NCBI GenBank assembly: GCA_963811025.1
Contig: CAWEPX010000003.1
Coordinates: forward strand, 115,190 to 179,189
DNA length: 64,000 nucleotides
Origin: an uncultured delta proteobacterium
Lineage (GTDB): Bacteria > Desulfobacterota > Deferrimicrobia > Deferrimicrobiales > Deferrimicrobiaceae
Direction of reading: 5' to 3'
Positions 10,422 to 20,952 of this stretch are shown piece by piece. Positions within the stretch are counted from its first letter, which is position 1. Each line of letters opens with the position of its first letter. Under the pieces are notes generated by a model. That model saw only the letters and a list, made by a program, of their open reading frames with translations, was not told where the DNA came from and made no database searches. The position numbers and the translations under genes are program-made.

Positions 10422-11099
10422 ATGTGCACGGTAGGTTGCCTGATGTTCGGAATCCGGAATCTGCACCCGGAGGAGGTGGCAGGCCGCGATGTGATCGAAG
10501 TCGGGGCGTACGAGGTGCTGGGCTCCCTGCGCCCTATCGTGGAATCCTGGGGGCCAAGGGCGTATCTCGGGGTCGATATCGTGTCCGGAAACGGGGTGGA
10601 CGAGATCTGCGATGCCGAGGATCTGCTGGAACGGTACGGACCCGAGAGGTTCGATATCGTAATCTCCACGGAGATGATCGAGCACACGCGGAACTGGAAA
10701 AAGGTCGTCTCCAACCTGAAGCACCTGTGCCGGCCGGGGGGGATACTTCTTGTCACGACACGCTCCCGGGGTTTTCACTACCATGCCTATCCCTACGACT
10801 ACTGGCGCTACGAACCGGAAGACATCCGGGAAATCTTCGCCGACTTTTCGGTCGAACGGATCGAGACGGATCCTCGCGATCCGGGCGTCTTCGTGAAAGG
10901 CGTGCGGCCCGCCCATTTTGTCGAGAAGAACCTGTCCGGATATCCGCTCTACAGTGTTGTGACGGGGAAGAGGGTGATCGAGATCGAGGAAAAGGATTTT
11001 CGCTCGTACCATTTCCGGAAGATCCGGTACAAGAGGTGGAAGAAAGAGACCAAGAAGAAGGTGAAGGCGACGATGCGGTCATGGGTCTCTTCGGCGTAG
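10422..11099 (+). CDS. class I SAM-dependent methyltransferase
   Basis: EVGAYEVLGSL...DIVISTEMIEH methyltransferase fold motifs. 225 aa. Confidence 0.7.
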   Translation: MCTVGCLMFGIRNLHPEEVAGRDVIEVGAYEVLGSLRPIVESWGPRAYLGVDIVSGNGVDEICDAEDLLERYGPERFDIVISTEMIEHTRNWKKVVSNLKHLCRPGGILLVTTRSRGFHYHAYPYDYWRYEPEDIREIFADFSVERIETDPRDPGVFVKGVRPAHFVEKNLSGYPLYSVVTGKRVIEIEEKDFRSYHFRKIRYKRWKKETKKKVKATMRSWVSSA

Positions 11100-11277
11100 A
11101 GGAGTCCGGAAAAGCGGTTCCGAAGGCAGGTTTGCAGGGCAATGTTCCTGCAGGCGGCATCGGCGGCAGGAAGTCCTGCTTCGCCCCTCGGCACCTCCGT
11201 TGAGGACGAATTGGTGACCATATCGCACCACGGCATACGATGTCGTCGGGTGAAGGGATGAGGGACGGGGAGGCGAA

Positions 11278-12458
11278 ATGGGAGTAGTCATTTCCTGTTT
11301 CTCACGGATCGGAGGGATAGGAATCGCCAATGTGCTGTTCCACACGGCACGGGCTGCCTTCCGCGCGAGCATGCTCGACGCGGTGATCTGCTACGGGAAC
11401 CGGCAGGAAGAAATACCCTCCCGGTTGATTCGCCCGGTGCGGTTTCAGCCGGCGAAGGTGTTCTCGTTTCTCAAGGCCCGCTATTACTACACCTTGAAGC
11501 GGATGACGCTGGACAAGCGCGCGGCATCCTATTTGCGCACCCGGGGATGCGACATATTTCACGGATGGACGACGGAGTGCATCCGGTCGCTGATGGAGGC
11601 GAAACGACTCGGCGCGAAAACGATCGTGGAGCGGCCTGCGCCCCATCCCGACCGCCACGAGACGACTCCTGACGGAGGAGCATGAGCGATGGGGCATCCC
11701 GCCCTCCCGGGAAGAGGAAATCCGCTGGCTGAGAAAGATCGATCAGAGCTGCCGGGACGAGGTGGTGCCCCGGAGGAATTCGAGTCTGGCGGACCGTGTC
11801 GTCGTCCAGTCCGAGTTCGGGGTGCAGTCCTTCCTGGAAGAAGGGTTCCCGAGGGAAAGGCTCGTGCTTCTTCCCAGGGCCGCGGAAATCGGGGATTTCC
11901 CCCGGTCATCGGCGGAGAAACCCGGGTTTCGTGTTCTCTTCGTGGGGATGGTGTGCCTTCGCAAGGGTTTCCTCGACCTCGCCGCGCGCATGGGCCGATC
12001 TCATCTTGCCGGGTGCGGAGCTTTGGGTTGTGGGACAGGTCGATGACGAGGTTGTTCCGTTGCTGAAACCGTACAGGGATGATCCATCCATACGATTCTT
12101 CGGGCACGTCACGGAGGGGGTGGCCCGGTGGTTTACAGAATCCACCGTGTTTATTCTTCCGAGCATCGTCGAGGGAAGCGCCAAAACGACCTATGAGGCG
12201 ATGGCGGCCGGGTTGCCCGTGATCACAACGGTGAATGCCGGTTCCACCGTTCGGGATGGAGTCGACGGGTATATCGTCCCGATCCGGAGCCCGGAGGCCA
12301 TCCGGGAGAGGCTCCTCTTCCTTTATGAAAACCGGGAGGCTGCAAGGGATATGGGAATGGCCGCAAGAAGACGAATCGCCTCCTTTTCATGGGAAACGTA
12401 CGAAGGACGGATCGTTTCGTTATACCGGGAGCTTTTGGGGGCAGACCATGCGGCATAG
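11278..12458 (+). pseudogene. GT4 glycosyltransferase split over three frames (shifts ~11680 and ~12000)
   Basis: ORFs 11278-11685, 11762-12046 and 11796-12458 together form one GT4, ending ...EGSAKTTYEAMAAGLPVITT. Confidence 0.6.
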
Positions 12459-12515
12459 CCTTCCTTAGGTTTTCCGATACCAAACAAGACTTCCCCGCAA
12501 GGGAGGGAGTGTTCC

Positions 12516-13343
12516 ATGTCGCTTCGGTCTACGTTGCAAAGGCTGATCGGGATATCCGAGACCATCGTGCAACGCCCTAGGCTGTTAAACCAGTTACCGC
12601 ACGTTCACCGTGCGTTTTCCTTCCCGACAGTGGGAACCAGATGGCGCAGATCCCCATGCACCGCCCATGGACACATCCGGGACAACGCCCGATCCTTCCA
12701 ATCCGCTGATGGCGTTTTTCGATTCCCGCAAGGAAGAAGGGAAATCTGGAAGTGGGATCACTATTTTGATGTATATCATCGCCATTTCGGCAAGTTCGTC
12801 GGAAGGGACGTGAATGTCCTTGAAATCGGTGTGTACAGCGGTGGCAGCCTTGAAATGTGGAAGGCGTACTTTGGCCCCCGATGCCGAATCTACGGTGTGG
12901 ATATCGAAGAATCGTGCAAATGTTATGAAGACGATGCAACGGAAATCGTCATAGGAGATCAAGCAGATCGCGATTTCTGGAAAACGTTCAGGGAACGCGT
13001 TCCGGTCGTTGACATCCTGGTAGATGACGGTGGGCACCAGAAGGAGCAGCAGATCGTGACACTCGAGGAAATGCTTCCTCATCTTCAACCGGGGGGGGTG
13101 TATGTCTGTGAGGATGTTCACGGGGAACATAACGGGTTTTCCGGGTACATGCAAGGTCTGGTCAGCAATCTGAACGTGTACAAAGCAAGCGGGGAGAAAC
13201 GGATCGTTCATGCCACGGGGTTCCAGTCCTCGATTCACTCGGTCCATTTCTATCCCTACGTGACGGTCATCGAGAAAGCGGATCGACCGGTAAAACAGTT
13301 TCTTTCCCTGAAGCACGGGACGCAATGGCAGCCGTTTCTCTAG
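12516..13343 (+). CDS. CmcI-family (rhamnosyl O-methyltransferase-like) sugar O-methyltransferase
   Basis: WKWDHYFDVYHRHFGKF...VLEIGVYSGGSLEMWKAYFGP...GVDI pattern of the CmcI/cephalosporin-hydroxylase-like methyltransferase family. Confidence 0.7.
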   Translation: MSLRSTLQRLIGISETIVQRPRLLNQLPHVHRAFSFPTVGTRWRRSPCTAHGHIRDNARSFQSADGVFRFPQGRREIWKWDHYFDVYHRHFGKFVGRDVNVLEIGVYSGGSLEMWKAYFGPRCRIYGVDIEESCKCYEDDATEIVIGDQADRDFWKTFRERVPVVDILVDDGGHQKEQQIVTLEEMLPHLQPGGVYVCEDVHGEHNGFSGYMQGLVSNLNVYKASGEKRIVHATGFQSSIHSVHFYPYVTVIEKADRPVKQFLSLKHGTQWQPFL

Positions 13344-13405
13344 ATCGCAGGACGGACATCGAGTCGTTCTGCATGCGTTGACTGTTTTTCCCGAAAGGTG
13401 GAGGA

Positions 13406-14010
13406 ATGGAGAGGATAGAACTCGATGCCGAGGGAAGAGGAACTTCGGGTCCTGCCCGGATTCTCTATCTCATCGTGACCATGCCCGTCGGGGGGGCGGA
13501 GGAGCACCTGCTTTCCCTTGTGCGGATTCTGGACCAGAACCGCTTCGATCCCACGGTCTGCTCCATCGGGGGGAGTGGTCCCATCGGAAGGGAAATCGAG
13601 ACGGGGGGCACCAGGGTCGTGGAGTTGGGAAAACTGAAAGAAGGGGGATACGACGGGAAGATCGTTGCCCTCCTGCATGCCCACCTGTACCACGCCAACA
13701 TGTACGGCCAGCTCGCGGTCTTCAGGGAAGGGGTACCGGCCCTCTGTTCGATCCACAATACCTACGTGCGCCCCAAGCCCCACCACCGTTTCGTCAACTG
13801 GTGTCTCGCACGGGTGACCCCGAGAACCATCGCGGGAACCAAGGCGATCCGGGAGAAAATCCTCGAGCTCTGCAGGAACCGGGACATCGCCAAGTCCAAG
13901 GGGGAATCCGCCCTCGGACGCGTCAGCGAATTTTCCTGGGAGACCTACGATCAACGTCTGGTTTCCCTTTACCGGGAACTTATGGGCGGGAGCCGGCGGG
14001 GTGAACATAC
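13406..14010 (+). pseudogene. GT4 glycosyltransferase remnant (N-terminal domain fused to its C-terminal tail; central catalytic region missing)
   Basis: ILYLIVTMPVGGAEEHLL...HNTYVRPKPHHRFVNW jumps directly to ...FSWETYDQRLVSLYRELMG. It is a paralog of the gene at 14996-16169. Confidence 0.5.
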
Positions 14011-15010
14011 TTCTCCTTCTTCCCCGCCGCGAGCTTCCGAGCACCCGGCTCAGGCTCCGGGAGCCGTCACGTTTCTGGGAGAGGGAGGGTCATTCATGCC
14101 GGTTCGTCTCAATCCCTTCCGGTCCCGTGGATCGATGGGCCGTCCTGCGCCAGGCGGCCGAAAGCGACGTGGTGATACTCCAGAAGAAAACGTCCCTGAA
14201 TCGCTGGGACTTGGCCCAGTTGTCCCGGGCGAACCCGAGAATCGTTTTCGACTACGACGATGCCGTAATGTTCCACGAACTCGAGCACGGGGAGACCTTG
14301 AGCGGAAAGCATTTCGGGAAATTCCTTCGAACCGTTCGGGCCGCTCGGCACGTCGTGGCGGGCAACGCCTTCCTTGCCCGTTTTGCCTCGGATTCCGGTT
14401 GCGACGTGACGGTTCTTCCAACGCCTGTCGATCCAGCGAGGTACCGGCTCCGTGCTCCCTCCGATATGCGTCGGGATGGTCCTGTCGTCGGGTGGCTCGG
14501 TGTTTCGCAGAACCAGAGATTCCTTGAGATATTGCGCGGGGTATTCCCGGTCCTGCGGGGGAAGTTCCCCGGCATGCGGCTGAAAATCGTATCCGAAAAG
14601 TTTCCCGTGGATTTCGGGGTTCCTACGGAGAGAAAACCGTGGAGCTTGGCCGATGAACCGGCCGACATCGCCTCCTTCGACGTCGGGATCATGCCTCTTC
14701 CCGATACCCTATGGGCATGGGGAAAATGCGGCTCCCGGCTGATCCAGTACCTTGCTTCGGGTGTTCCGGTCGTGGCGTCTCCCATCGGCCTGAACCTGGA
14801 TATCGTACGGGAAGGCTGGAACGGGTATTTCGCCGCAACGCATGACGAGTGGCTCCGGAAACTCACGGCGATCCTTTCTTCGCCCGAGATCGCAGCGCAA
14901 ATGGGATACGGGGGCGGGAGGACATCTCGGCCCGTTATGCGCTCCGGCCATACGCGGCGGCATATCTGGAAGTGCTCGGGAAGGCTCCACACCGAATGGC
15001 GGGGCACATG
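14001..15010 (+). pseudogene. glycosyltransferase (GT4-like) with C-terminal frameshift near 14915
   Basis: MNILLLLP...IVFDYDDAVMF...LASGVPVVASPIGLNLDIV. The C-terminus continues in the 14849 frame (REDISARYALRPYAAAYLEVL). Confidence 0.55.
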
Positions 15011-16169
15011 GTTGACCGCGGAACGCGCCCCGGGGCGTCAGGGGCCATCCGGATCCTCCACGTCATCGTCGACCTCCCGGTCGGCGGTGCAGAGGAGCAC
15101 CTTCTCTCCCTCGTGCGAAATCTGGGCCGGGATCGCTTCGAATCCACGGTCTGCTGCATCGGGCGAAGCGCCCTATCGGGAAGGAGATCGAGGCGGAGGG
15201 GATCCGGATCGTGGAACTGGGAAAATTGCGGAAAGGGAGATACGACGGGAAGATCGTTGCCCTCCTGCAGGGAATACTGCGGAGCGGGCGGATCTCCCTG
15301 ATGCATACACATCTGTATCACGCCAACATGTACGGCCGACTCGCCGCCTTCCGGGAAGGAGTACCAACGGTCTGTTCGATTCACAACACCTACATCCGTC
15401 CCAAGCGACATCGCCGGCTCATCAATTGGTGGCTCGCAAGGCGAACGCCCGTGATCATTGCGGGGTCCGAGGCCATCAAATCAGACATCCTGCGGTACGA
15501 TGGCGTCCCTCCCGGGATCGTACGCGTGATCCCCTACGGCGTGGCTGTCGAGAAGTTCGATATCCCCGCGACCCGGGATGAAGCACGGAAGAAACTCGGT
15601 TTACCCGCAAACCGGTTCTACGTGGGTACGGTGGGCCGTCTCGAGGAGCAGAAGGGACAGCGCCACCTGGTCAACGCGATTGCAAGGCTTCGCCGGGAGG
15701 GCATGGAGGTCTCCCTCATTCTGATTGGCAGCGGACGGGAAGAGGAACATCTGCGCGACAGGTTCTCCGGGAAGGCATAAAGGACGACGTCCTGTTTCTT
15801 GGAACGCGTCGAGATCTGCCGGACCTCTATCGCGCAATGGATGTTTTTGCCCTTCCTTCACTCTGGGAGGGGCTTCCTCTTGCCCTCCTCTCGGCGATGG
15901 CGTCGGGGCTGCCCGTGGTCGTGACGCCTGTCGGGGGAATTCCTGAGGTCGTAAGGGATGGGGAAAACGGATTTCTCGTTCCTCCTGAAGACCCCGTAGC
16001 CTTGGCAGCGGCTCTCCGGAGGGTCCGGGAGAACGCGGAACTTGCTTCTGCCTGCGGGAGGTCTGCAGCCGAGACGGTCCGGACGGAGTATTCCCATCGA
16101 CGGAATGCGGAAAGGATCATGGAGGTCTACGAAGAGATCCTCGCGGGAAAACGTCCCGCAGGATCGTAA
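14996..16169 (+). pseudogene. GT4 glycosyltransferase, full-length paralog of 13406, with two frameshifts (~15190 CCC run, ~15780)
   Basis: MAGHMVDRGTRPGASGAIRILHVIVDLPVGGAEEHLL... / ...ELGKLRKGRYDGKIVALL... / ...LWEGLPLALLSAMASGLPVVVTPVGGIPEVV in three frames. Confidence 0.6.
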
Positions 16170-16178
16170 GGAGGGACG

Positions 16179-17123
16179 ATGGCCGGTAATCCGCAATCCG
16201 ACGTGTTCCTTTTGGGGGGAAACGGTTTCATCGGCACGGCTCTGTCCGACCGTCTCCGCGGCGAGGGGCGGCTGGTTACGGTCCTGGACCCGATGCCTCC
16301 GCGGGACCCGTCGCATCGCGAATATTGGATACCCGGGAAACTGGAGGACATCCAGCTCTGCGACAAGGTCCTGCGGCCGGGAATGACGGTCGTCCACCTG
16401 GCCTGCAGTTCCCTGCCGGAGCCTTCCAACCGGGACCCTCACGGGGACCTTTCCTCCAACCTTCTGCCGACGGTGCTGTGGCTCGGGGCATGTGCGGAAG
16501 CCGGTGTGTCGAAGGTCATCTTCATGTCTTCGGGGGGGACTGTCTACGGGATTCCCCGAACAACTCCAATCCGGGAAGATCACCCCACTGACCCGATCTG
16601 CTCCTACGGTATCGGGAAACTTGCCGTGGAGAAGTATCTCGCTCTCTATGGCCATTTGCGCGGTCTTCCGTCGTTTGTGCTCCGTGCCTCGAATGTTTAC
16701 GGGGAGGGTAAAGACCCGTTCGGGAAGCAGGGGGCAATCAACGTGTTCCTGGGGAAGGTTGCGCGAAAGGAGACGATATCCATGTGGGGAGACGGGAAGA
16801 TCGTTCGTGATTACCTCTACATCTCCGATCTCGTCGACCTGATCGTGCGATGTCTGGACGAGGGATCCCGGGACGGGTCCCATATTCACAACGCTGGCTC
16901 CGGCAAGGGCCATTCCCTTAGGGAAATCCTTGGGGAAATCAAGGATGTTACAGGAGAGGAGCCACGGGTTGCCTGGGCGGAGGGACGGAAGGACGATGTC
17001 CCAACGAACGTTCTCGACATCACGAGGGCCTGTTCCCGATTCGGCTGGAGCCCCCGGGTGACGCTTCGCGACGGGATCCGTAAGACATGGGAGTGGATCC
17101 GAGGGTCCGGGTACGCCCGGTGA
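16179..17123 (+). CDS. NAD-dependent epimerase/dehydratase (SDR family, UDP-sugar epimerase-like)
   Basis: LLGGNGFIGTAL Rossmann motif and YxxxK (SYGIGKLAVEKY). 314 aa. Confidence 0.8.
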   Translation: MAGNPQSDVFLLGGNGFIGTALSDRLRGEGRLVTVLDPMPPRDPSHREYWIPGKLEDIQLCDKVLRPGMTVVHLACSSLPEPSNRDPHGDLSSNLLPTVLWLGACAEAGVSKVIFMSSGGTVYGIPRTTPIREDHPTDPICSYGIGKLAVEKYLALYGHLRGLPSFVLRASNVYGEGKDPFGKQGAINVFLGKVARKETISMWGDGKIVRDYLYISDLVDLIVRCLDEGSRDGSHIHNAGSGKGHSLREILGEIKDVTGEEPRVAWAEGRKDDVPTNVLDITRACSRFGWSPRVTLRDGIRKTWEWIRGSGYAR

Positions 17124-17127
17124 CATA

Positions 17128-18297
17128 ATGGAAAATCCCGGGTCAGGGATGAAGATCGCTCTCGTCCGGTACCGCTACTCCTCCCACGGGGGCGCGGAGC
17201 GGTATCTCGACATGCTGGCGGCCGGTTTGCAGGCATCGGGGGCACAGGTCCGGGTCCTCTCCTCCTCCTGGGAGGGAGAGAACGTCACGCGATTGCCGTG
17301 GGAGAAGCTCTCCGTGCCTCGTCGTCCTGTCCCTTTGCGCCTGTGGCTGTTCGCCCGGGCGGTACGGTCGTGGGCGAGGGCGCACCCGGACTGGCTTCTC
17401 TTCTCCCTCGAACGGATCCCGGGAGTGCAGGTCTACCGGGCGGGGGACGGCTGCCACGCGGAGTGGCTGATCCGGAAGAGAGCGCTTCGCCCGTTGTCCT
17501 GGAGGCTGGATTCCCTCCGTCCGCTCAACCGGTCCTATCTTCGCCTGGAACGGGAGATGTTCCGCTCCCCGGCCCTGCAAGCCGTGATCGCGAACTCGGA
17601 ACGGGGGAAGGAAGAGATCTCCCGACACTACGGAGTGCCCCGCGGGAAGATCACCGTCGTATACAACGGGGTGGAACTCTCCCGGTTTCCGGAGAAGCGG
17701 AAGGAGGAGGCCCGGCGAATCCTGCGGTGCCGCTACGGTCTCTCGGAGGAGGGCCCCGTTTTCCTGTACGTAGGGTCCGGTTTCGCCCGCAAGGGAGTGG
17801 GAACCCTGGTTCGGGCGGCGGCCCGTCTCGCGGGGAAGGGGCGTTCGTTCCGGGTGATCGTCGGAGGGAAGGGGAATCCCGGTCCGTACCGGGGGATGGC
17901 GGGGGAGGCGCGGGACCGGGTGATCTTTCCCGGCCCGATCCGGGAACCGGAGGATCATTTCCTGGGGGCGGACGCCTTTGTCTTCCCCACGGTGTACGAG
18001 CCCTTCAGCAACGCCTGCCTGGAGGCGATGGCCGCCGGGATTCCGGTCATCACAACCCGGGTGAACGGCGTTTCCGAGATTCTCCGGGACGGGGAATCCG
18101 GCTTCCTCCTGGAGGACCCGATGGACGACTCGGCGTTGGCCGACGGGATGGACGCGCTTTTTTCCGGGGAAACCCGGAGCCGGATGGGACGCGAGGCGCG
18201 GCGGACGGCGGAGAAGCTTCCGGCCGAACGGAACGCCCGGGAGACGTTGCAGGTGCTCGCCCGCGCCTGGAAGGGACGGACCGGGGAAGCGTCCTAG
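17128..18297 (+). CDS. GT4 glycosyltransferase (WaaG-like LPS core glycosyltransferase)
   Basis: MKIALVRYRYSSHGGAERYL...EPFSNACLEAMAAGIPVITT. An alternative start at 17149 is possible. Confidence 0.8.
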   Translation: MENPGSGMKIALVRYRYSSHGGAERYLDMLAAGLQASGAQVRVLSSSWEGENVTRLPWEKLSVPRRPVPLRLWLFARAVRSWARAHPDWLLFSLERIPGVQVYRAGDGCHAEWLIRKRALRPLSWRLDSLRPLNRSYLRLEREMFRSPALQAVIANSERGKEEISRHYGVPRGKITVVYNGVELSRFPEKRKEEARRILRCRYGLSEEGPVFLYVGSGFARKGVGTLVRAAARLAGKGRSFRVIVGGKGNPGPYRGMAGEARDRVIFPGPIREPEDHFLGADAFVFPTVYEPFSNACLEAMAAGIPVITTRVNGVSEILRDGESGFLLEDPMDDSALADGMDALFSGETRSRMGREARRTAEKLPAERNARETLQVLARAWKGRTGEAS

Positions 18298-18317
18298 GGA
18301 TCCCGCGGTTTCTCCGC

Positions 18318-20618
18318 CTATACCAGCAAAACCAGAAGTTCCTCCGCCGCCTCCCGGAGCATCTCCTCGTATTTCGCCAGATTCGGCACCTCGCTGCCGT
18401 CGAGGAACCCCACTGCCCGTCCCTGCTGCTTCGCTGTGCCCCCGGAGGCGAGCACACGGTTGGCGCTCCCGCGGAGTCCCCTCCCCTCGTCCGTCAGCAG
18501 GTACCGGATCTTCGAGCCGGCCCGCAGCGTCACCCCCCGTCCGCACAGCTCGCGGGTAACCGCGGCGGCGACCGTGTCGGTGACGTACTGCTCCGGCGCC
18601 CTGGACAGGCGCCTCGCGACCGCCAGCGCCTCCGGCGGGACGCGCCCTTCCCGCAGTTCCGCCGCTGCGGATTCCACGATCTCCCGCAGGCGAGGCAGCA
18701 TGGTGCGCAGCGCGTCCAGGTTCCCGGCCTCGGCCATCTCCGCAAGCAACGCCTGCTGGAGGGACGCGACGAAGGGGGGCGTATCGGAGCGGCGCATCGC
18801 GATCCCGCGCGCCTTGATCCCGCCGCCCGCGAACGCCCCGACGAACCGGTTCGGGACGGCGACCGACGGGTTTCGCTTCGAGGGAAGGAAGGCGAGCCAC
18901 CGGTAGATCCCTTCCAGGGCGATCGGCATCCCCGTTTCGGCGGTGATGGCCTCCGCCAGCCGCCGGTAGTCTGCCTCCTTGGCGCCGGCGCGCACGACCC
19001 ACACGGCGTCGGTCAGGCCGTGCAGGAAGAAAAACCCCTCGCGCTCGGCGACCTCCTTGGCGCAGAGGAGCTTCTCCCGCCCCCAGGCGGTGACCGCCTC
19101 GTGCGCCTCGATCCGGCCGAACCGGGCGTTCCTGTACCCGAGGAACCCGAAGCAGACGACGAGGATCCACTTGAGCGCCGCCTGCCGCTTCCGGAAGAGG
19201 TCGCGCTCCTCGTCGGTGGCGGCCGTCCTCTGGCGTTCCTTGAGAAGCCGCCGTTTTTCGAGGACGGGGGCCAGCACCCCCGGGATGAGACCCCTGCGGC
19301 GGGCGCACGTGTGGAAGCCGATCTCGGGGACGGGGAGGCCCGGGCGGCAGCAGCGGCAGTTGACCGTCTCCGGGGAGATGTTGTACCGGTCCATGAGCGA
19401 CGGGTACATCGAGGCGAAGTCGAGCTCGCCCGTGTTTTCATGCAGGCCGGGCCGGGGCAGATAGGTGAGTCCCCCCTTGTCGGCCGTGACGAGCCCGGCG
19501 CCGGTCTTGAACTCTTCCGGCTCCCGCTTCTTGTAGGGTACGAGGATTCCCTGCGAAAGCGCCGCCGCGACCTGCATCGCCGAGATGGCGGTCCCCGGCG
19601 ACGAGCGGGCCATGCGCTGCAGCGGGATGCCGGAGAGGCGGCAGAGCTCGATCAGGCCCGGGAGGCCGGTCTCCCCGAAGAGGAACGAGTTGCGGGCGTC
19701 CACGTGCCACCGGCCGGAGAGGGTGTGCGGCGCGGCGCGGAAGATCACCCGCCCGTACGAGAAGTAGGACCGCTCGCGGGCGCGCCGGATGCCGTCTCTT
19801 TCCGGATCCTGCCCTTCCTGCGCGGGGCGTGCCCCTTTCCCGGTCGCCCTCCCCGGCGGTCGGGGGGCGCGACCGAGGGGGAGCGGCATGCGGAGCCGGG
19901 AGGCGAGGGCGAGCATCCGCGGCAGGAGGTAGTCGTCTCCGTACTCCGTGACGAGCAGGTCGGGGTCCGCGCGGGCCAGGAGCCGAAGGAACTCCCGGAG
20001 GAAATCCGTTCCGTTCTCCCAGCAGAGGACGTGGGTGGTGCCGTCGGCCGAGAAAACGAGCGGCTGTGCCCTTCCGTGCGCGGGGTGTCCCGTTCCTTCC
20101 GCCCGGAGGAAGGCGCGGGAGAGCGACGGGAGGGGAGAGACGACGTCCCACGGCGAATCGAGGGCGCGGGCGGAGAGAATCCTTCCGTCTTCCGCGCATT
20201 CCACCTCGGCGAAGGAAAACGGGAAGAGTCCGGTGGCGTACGCGAACTGCTCCTCCGGGGCGATGTCGGCGTTGGCGAGCGCCTCCGCCCCGAACGCGCT
20301 TTCCGCCTTCCGGACGGTCGCCCGAAGGAGGAAAGGCGCCGGGACGGCGAACGTCCACGCCGGGACCGTCCTGCCGGAGAAGAACTCGATCCCTTCGCCT
20401 TTCCGGACGTCGCATCTCCAGCGCCCGGCGGCGGCCCGGACCGCGGTCTCCCGCACGCTCCGGCCCGTCACGGCGAAGGAGGGGCGGAACGGGGCGAACA
20501 GGGTCACGGTGTCGCCGGCGGCCGTCCGGAACCAGACCTCCATCCCGTCCCGCGCGGCGAGGAGGTCGAGCACCCACCCGGTCAGGGAAAGGGCAGAGGA
20601 GTTCTTCAAACGTTTCAT
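18318..20618 (-). CDS. polB: family B DNA polymerase (Pol II-like) with variant motif C
   Basis: Motif A LDFASMYPSLM, motif B KWILVVCFGFLGYRNARFG, motif C HGLTDA in place of YGDTDS, and an exo-II-like YGDDYLLP. 766 aa from ATG 20618. The in-frame upstream extension to 20900 is low-complexity and is rejected as coding. Confidence 0.75.
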   Translation of the reverse strand: MKRLKNSSALSLTGWVLDLLAARDGMEVWFRTAAGDTVTLFAPFRPSFAVTGRSVRETAVRAAAGRWRCDVRKGEGIEFFSGRTVPAWTFAVPAPFLLRATVRKAESAFGAEALANADIAPEEQFAYATGLFPFSFAEVECAEDGRILSARALDSPWDVVSPLPSLSRAFLRAEGTGHPAHGRAQPLVFSADGTTHVLCWENGTDFLREFLRLLARADPDLLVTEYGDDYLLPRMLALASRLRMPLPLGRAPRPPGRATGKGARPAQEGQDPERDGIRRARERSYFSYGRVIFRAAPHTLSGRWHVDARNSFLFGETGLPGLIELCRLSGIPLQRMARSSPGTAISAMQVAAALSQGILVPYKKREPEEFKTGAGLVTADKGGLTYLPRPGLHENTGELDFASMYPSLMDRYNISPETVNCRCCRPGLPVPEIGFHTCARRRGLIPGVLAPVLEKRRLLKERQRTAATDEERDLFRKRQAALKWILVVCFGFLGYRNARFGRIEAHEAVTAWGREKLLCAKEVAEREGFFFLHGLTDAVWVVRAGAKEADYRRLAEAITAETGMPIALEGIYRWLAFLPSKRNPSVAVPNRFVGAFAGGGIKARGIAMRRSDTPPFVASLQQALLAEMAEAGNLDALRTMLPRLREIVESAAAELREGRVPPEALAVARRLSRAPEQYVTDTVAAAVTRELCGRGVTLRAGSKIRYLLTDEGRGLRGSANRVLASGGTAKQQGRAVGFLDGSEVPNLAKYEEMLREAAEELLVLLV

Positions 20619-20952
20619 GTACGCCTTCCGTTGCGTTGAGCGCCCGTTGGTGGAGTGCCGGTAACCGGGCCCCTGGCTCGCGCGGGCTTCCCATCGGCTA
20701 CGCTCGCCGCACCAGCAACCTCGTTCCACAGGCCGCCTCGTGGAACCCTCCCGTTGCCTCAGGTCACCGGCTGCCGGCGCAGCGGCCGCAGGAGGAGGGC
20801 CGGAGTGAGGTAAAGCGCAGCCGTGCAGGTTGACCGCACGGCGAGCCACGAACGAAGGCCCCCTCCGAGGCTGCGGAGCCGTCCCCGGATCCCCGGACAA
20901 GGGGCACGGGCACCCGCGGGGGAGCGGACACGCCGGGCGCAGCCTTCCGGGC

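Noticed and set aside
10368-11012. 214-aa minus-strand ORF
   Set aside because: Antisense to a well-formed SAM methyltransferase gene. No recognisable motifs.
14527-15581. Long continuations of ORFs 13406-14527 and 14001-15581 beyond their conserved parts
   Set aside because: Translation past about 14010 and about 14990 is low-complexity, Arg/Ser/Pro-rich and out of frame with the neighbouring conserved genes. These are read-through, not real coding sequence.
20619-20900. 94-codon in-frame N-terminal extension of polB (ORF begins at 20900)
   Set aside because: Pro/Ala/Arg-rich with no polymerase similarity. The conserved N-terminus begins at MKRLKN (ATG 20618).
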